Origin: Chrysomallon squamiferum
Lineage: Eukaryota > Animalia > Mollusca
NCBI GenBank assembly: GCA_012295275.1
Contig: CM022674.1
Span: forward strand, 6,386,001 to 6,450,000
Direction: 5' to 3'
DNA length: 64,000 nucleotides
Shown in pieces: positions 59,928 through 64,000 of this stretch. The notes under the pieces were generated by a model. It saw nothing but the letters and a program-made list of their open reading frames with translations. It did not search any database and had not been told where the DNA came from. The position numbers and the translations under genes were made by a program. Position 1 is the first letter of the stretch. Every line of letters begins with the position of its first letter.

Positions 59928-60791
59928 CATGTACATATAATACATTAATAATAATAATAATAATCATAATAATAACTTAAGAACCGAAAATGTAAAAAAA
60001 AGTCGTTTTGAAAGGCTACACAGAAACTAGATGGAAGGCGCTGGAAGAAATTAGACAGATTCTTCCCAGTTTACCAATATTTGTTTGCCTCGGAAAACAA
60101 TCACTCAAGTCACGTTACTGACTTAAGTCATAGCAAAACGAAGCTGATCACGGAATGAAAATTAATATCTGCTTCACAGGACACGTGATCTTCTTTAGTG
60201 TGTATTGCCACAGTTTATGACGTAACTTCCGATTGAGTACATACAGTCTTATTTTATGATTTAACTTACAATTCAGTACATAGAATTTTATTTTATGATT
60301 TAACTTACAATTCAGTACATAGAATCTTATTACTTAATGACTTACTTCAGTGACATTTTCAGATTATATTTTTTATAATGACAGTTCTATCGACGTTTTT
60401 TTTTAAAATATTTGTTACAGGATACAAAGGCTGCAAGGTTTTACCTTCATCGCTGTCACCCATGGCAAACGAAAGCATGAGCATTAACGTATGTCAGGAC
60501 AAGTGCTCCAGCTATAGAGGATTTGGCATACAGGTAAGTAACAAATACATGAATTTTTTTTTTAAACTGATTTTTTAAATTATTAGCGAAACAGTTACGT
60601 AATAGAGAGGGAGATAAAAAAAAATAATAATAAAATAAAGTAATAGACAAAGATAGAAGAAAAAAATAATTAAAACAAAAACCAATATCTATAGATTATA
60701 GATAAAAATATAAATGTGTACATATAGATTATATAGATATACATATATATATATATACATATAGATATACAGATATACATGTATGTACACA

Positions 60792-60833
<42 letters not shown>

Positions 60834-61130
60834 CATATACATAATGTTTGCGAGGTCGTGATTGGACTGTTTTTCTGTGTTGGTGTGTTCCTGAATGTTG
60901 TCTATGTGCAGAGTCTACGTCTCACGTGCATAAGACAGAGAATATTCAAATCCTAAAATACATACATACATACATACATACATACATACAAACACATTCA
61001 TACATACACACACACACACACACACACACATACACACACACACACATATATATAGATATATACGCGCATACAGAAACAAAAACAACATTTTAATTCTTTT
61101 TCTTTCTTGTTTTTTTGTTGTATATATTTC

Positions 61131-61166
<36 letters not shown>

Positions 61167-61771
61167 CGAATAAGACTGACAAGTGTTACTGTGACAATGG
61201 TTTTGCCGAACGTAGCGACACTGTCGAAGAGAACTGCCGGTACCTGTGTAGCAAAGACGTCAACCACCTCTGCGGACGAAACGGCAGCTACGCCGTCTAC
61301 GACAAGTCACGTGAGCTGAATTAATTATTACGTCATCACAGCATTTCCTTTAAAAAAAAAACTAGAGACCAGCTCAAAACATTTCATCGTAATAGTAGAA
61401 AACGAAATCGAATTTAGCTCTTTGCTCCAAACGATACCAGATCAAGCTGTGTGTGTGTGTGTGTGTCGTTGGCAGAAATTACTTATTTGTGTTACTCCTA
61501 CCACTACTAGCAACTATAACAGTGACTAGTTCAGCTACTAACACTAGAGGTAGTGCTAGTAATCCTGGTAGTAGTGATGGTGAGTATAAGAGTAGTACTA
61601 GTACAGTAGTAGTTGTAGTCATAATGGTAGTAGTACTGTAGAAGCAGCAGTGGTGTAGCAGTAGTAGTAGAGGTAGTAGTAGTAGTAGTAGTAGAGGTAG
61701 TAGTAGTAGTAGTAGCAGTAGTAGTAGAGGTAGTAGTAGTAGTAATAGTAGAGGTAGTAGTAGTAGTAGAG

Positions 61772-61804
<33 letters not shown>

Positions 61805-61848
61805 TAGGTAGTAGCAGTAGTAGTAGAGGTAGTAGTAGTAGTAGTAGT

Positions 61849-61899
<51 letters not shown>

Positions 61900-61925
61900 A
61901 GGTAGTAGTAGTAGTAGTAGTAGAG

Positions 61926-62009
<84 letters not shown>

Positions 62010-63100
62010 ACATGATTACGACAATGAAGATGATAATAATTAAGACAATGCTGATTACAGTCACGATGATATGTGGTTGACAGTAATTAACAATGATGAA
62101 GATGATAATGATACTGTAGCATTAGTAATAGTAGTGGTAATAGTAGCTGTAGCGATAGTACTAGTAGTGGTAGTAGTAATAGTAGTAGTATAGTAGTAGT
62201 AGTAGTAGTAATCTTAGAAATACTCGAATAAGTAATGGGGTAACGGTGGTAGTTGCTGTTGTTGTAATAGTAGTGGTTGTGGAAGTAATACCAGTAAATC
62301 ATTCTGGCAGAAGTAGCTGTTGTTGTAATAGTAGTGGCTGTGCGTGCACCTGTACTAATGACGTGGGTTAGACAAACGATTTCTGACAAAAGTAAAGTGA
62401 CGTGAATTAAAATTATTCTTCAGTTTTAAAAATTTGTTTTTTTCAGAGCTGCAGACATTCCTGAACGCTGTTAGTTCTAGTCAAAGTAATACCAATATTA
62501 TAAAGAGAATGACAATGACCTATGAGAATACTTCACAAATGGTAAGTTAAAATATTTGTCCTCATCTTGAAATATAAGTACGTTCTATCCCAGTTTACAA
62601 TGCATGTCAGCCATTTTGTTTTTCCTATTGTCCTACGGTTAACACGAAAATTAATGAAATTGATGCGTACAAGTTCTATAATAAGATACATACAAATATA
62701 TACATACACACATACATACATACATACTTACATACATATTTATATATACATACATACATACATACATATATGCATACAGGGCATACATACATACGTACAT
62801 ATATCTTTGTGTTCTTAACATATTATAGCCCATAAATCTATAATTTTGTCTTCTATGATATATACATTTACTCTTAGCCTTCTGCAGATGTGAAACTGCA
62901 CACTGTTGCTATTAGTTACTAGTAAATAACAAGTATTTGTATTAATGAGTTTGCTCATGAACCTACATGACAAATGGTTTTTTTACTCTACAAACTATTC
63001 AATAAATGGTCTATACGTTTTGCCTACTTACCATAGGTTTACAATATATTTAAGAAATGGTCTATATATCTGTATTTTTACCTTAACATATTTCTTTTTT

Positions 63101-63135
<35 letters not shown>

Positions 63136-63349
63136 CTTATTTGAATTCCACAACCTACTTACGAAAAGGTCTATAATTTTTGTATGTTTACCTTAACAAT
63201 TATAATCTTTCTAAGAAATGGTCTCTACTTTATTTTTATTTTTATTTTTATTTTTATTTTTTTATTTTGTCATACTGCTTTGCTAAGAGGAAAGATACAA
63301 AAGATAACCTGAAAGTTTTGTAAACATAACCTATTTATTATTATTATTA

Positions 63350-63381
<32 letters not shown>

Positions 63382-63580
63382 TCAGGCCTCTTTTGACCAA
63401 GTTACGTATTTGAGTTCTGTCACGATCACAGAAGATGAGGAATGCACACTGACTAACGTCTACTTCAACTTTACTGAACCCTATCAGTTGCCTAGATACC
63501 GGCTCCTCTACACGATGAACTGCTCAGAAAACGAAAGCCAATGGAACGAATTTGATGATGAGCTTTGGGGAAATCATCAG
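46800..63580 (+). CDS. Secreted or membrane WSC-domain protein, 3'-partial (continues past the window)
   Basis: Exons 46800-46866, 55294-55505, 57092-57225, 58321-58463, 60421-60533, 61175-61310, 62447-62541, 63386-63580, all GT-AG and phase-compatible. Signal peptide MIRQTKCVLLTAVLRLGFILIF|VTPAVSA. WSC pattern YKGC...MSINVCQDKCSSYRGFGIQ|TDKCYCDN...NCRYLCSKDVNHLCGRNGSYAVY. Confidence 0.82.
48639..48820. repeat. ~190-bp dispersed repeat ending in (CT)n, copy 2
   Basis: Nearly identical to 22135-22330, same orientation. Confidence 0.85.
49205..49370. repeat. ~36-bp minisatellite (gaactcctatttgataactaacaatatattgtta..)
   Basis: Four to five tandem units. Confidence 0.85.
51984..52986 (+). mobile_element. 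Decayed Tc1/mariner (Tc1-type DDE) transposase
   Basis: Frameshifted motifs in Tc1 order: KRSPLTLRHKR..WC, FLWSSESRVLF..FDGR (WSDESRF), DDNTRPR (DNARPH), WPAKCPNLNP (WPxxSPDLNP), GGHTR-like C-terminus. Confidence 0.85.
52990..53110 (-). mobile_element. Fragment of the second Tc1 family, abutting the first element
   Basis: aaagtcg.gtgtcagagatcgccaaagaag.acactg is shared with 56129-56165; encodes SVLLWRSLTPDF. Confidence 0.7.
55945..56750 (-). mobile_element. Decayed Tc1 transposase, second family, in intron 2 of the WSC gene
   Basis: Minus-strand motifs NWGQMLFTGKSRF, GER*YA, LQYDSTRHNT (QxDNARPHT), ISVLLWRSLTLDFAAKEHFKD (WPSxSPDLxPIEHLWD), RRRYAACGGLTHY. Confidence 0.85.
57630..58310. repeat. 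Compound (ACT)n/(ATT)n/(ATC)n microsatellite block, representative of dozens of simple repeats in the window
   Basis: Other large tracts include (AAT)n 176-243, (GA)n 4875-4947, (CT)n 9591-9702 and 20245-20565, (GA)n 18761-18855, (TAG)n 61660-62010. Confidence 0.95.
58980..59465. repeat. Degenerate ~25-bp minisatellite (ttctgtatgaaatcaagttttaaaa)
   Basis: Recurrent units, clearest at 59310-59460. Confidence 0.6.
59735..62695. repeat. Inverted pair of ~125-bp repeats (59735-59861 and 62579-62695)
   Basis: taattttcgtgttaaccgtaggacaataggaaaacaaaatggctga.atgcatt.taaactgggatagaacgta appears as its reverse complement at ~62579-62653. Confidence 0.9.
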
Positions 63581-63631
63581 GTATTGTTTCATTCCTTTGT
63601 TTGTTTGTTTCGTTATTTACTCTCCGTTCAT

Positions 63632-63696
<65 letters not shown>

Positions 63697-63955
63697 GCTG
63701 TTGTTGTTATTATTATTGTTGTTGTTGTTGTTACCAAAATTTTTATATTATCATTATTAGTACTAATATCATCAATATCATCATCATCATCGTCATTTTC
63801 ATCGTTATTATTTTCATTATTACTACAATAACTACTAGTACAGCACTACTATTACTAGTCTTCGTCCTATTACTACCTACTACTACCATATGTAGTAGAT
63901 TAGTATTAACAGTATTCCTGCTGCTGCTAAATTAATTTGGAAAAGCTTGCAGAAG

Positions 63956-64000
<45 letters not shown>

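Noticed and set aside
61453-61641. Ser/Thr-rich mucin-like exon after the WSC domain
   Set aside because: Acceptor phase is incompatible with the preceding exon (stop in the required frame), and 61310 joins 62447 cleanly.

Overview
AT-rich, microsatellite-dense eukaryotic DNA with spliceosomal introns, probably from an invertebrate metazoan (mollusc-like, which is an inference). Almost all ORFs in the supplied track are simple-repeat noise, so genes were reconstructed by hand from splice sites and reading phase. (1) 1-25 kb: a cluster of four intact 4-exon p24/TMED (emp24/gp25L, GOLD-domain, TMED1/5/6-like) genes plus scrambled pseudo-exon relics. Genes A (-) and B (+) diverge, and gene D (-) lies antisense inside intron 1 of gene C (+). 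The luminal exons are strongly diversified, while the TM/tail exon (A, B, D) and part of intron 3 (A vs B) are nearly identical. (2) 28.6-40.8 kb: a 15-coding-exon LEKR1 orthologue with one GC-AG intron and a 1-nt frameshift in an A-run. (3) 46.8 kb to the window end: a 3'-truncated gene encoding a signal peptide, an unrecognised domain, a WSC domain and a possible discoidin-like domain. Also present are decayed Tc1 transposases, MITE-like elements, a 1.8-kb tandem duplication and several minisatellites.
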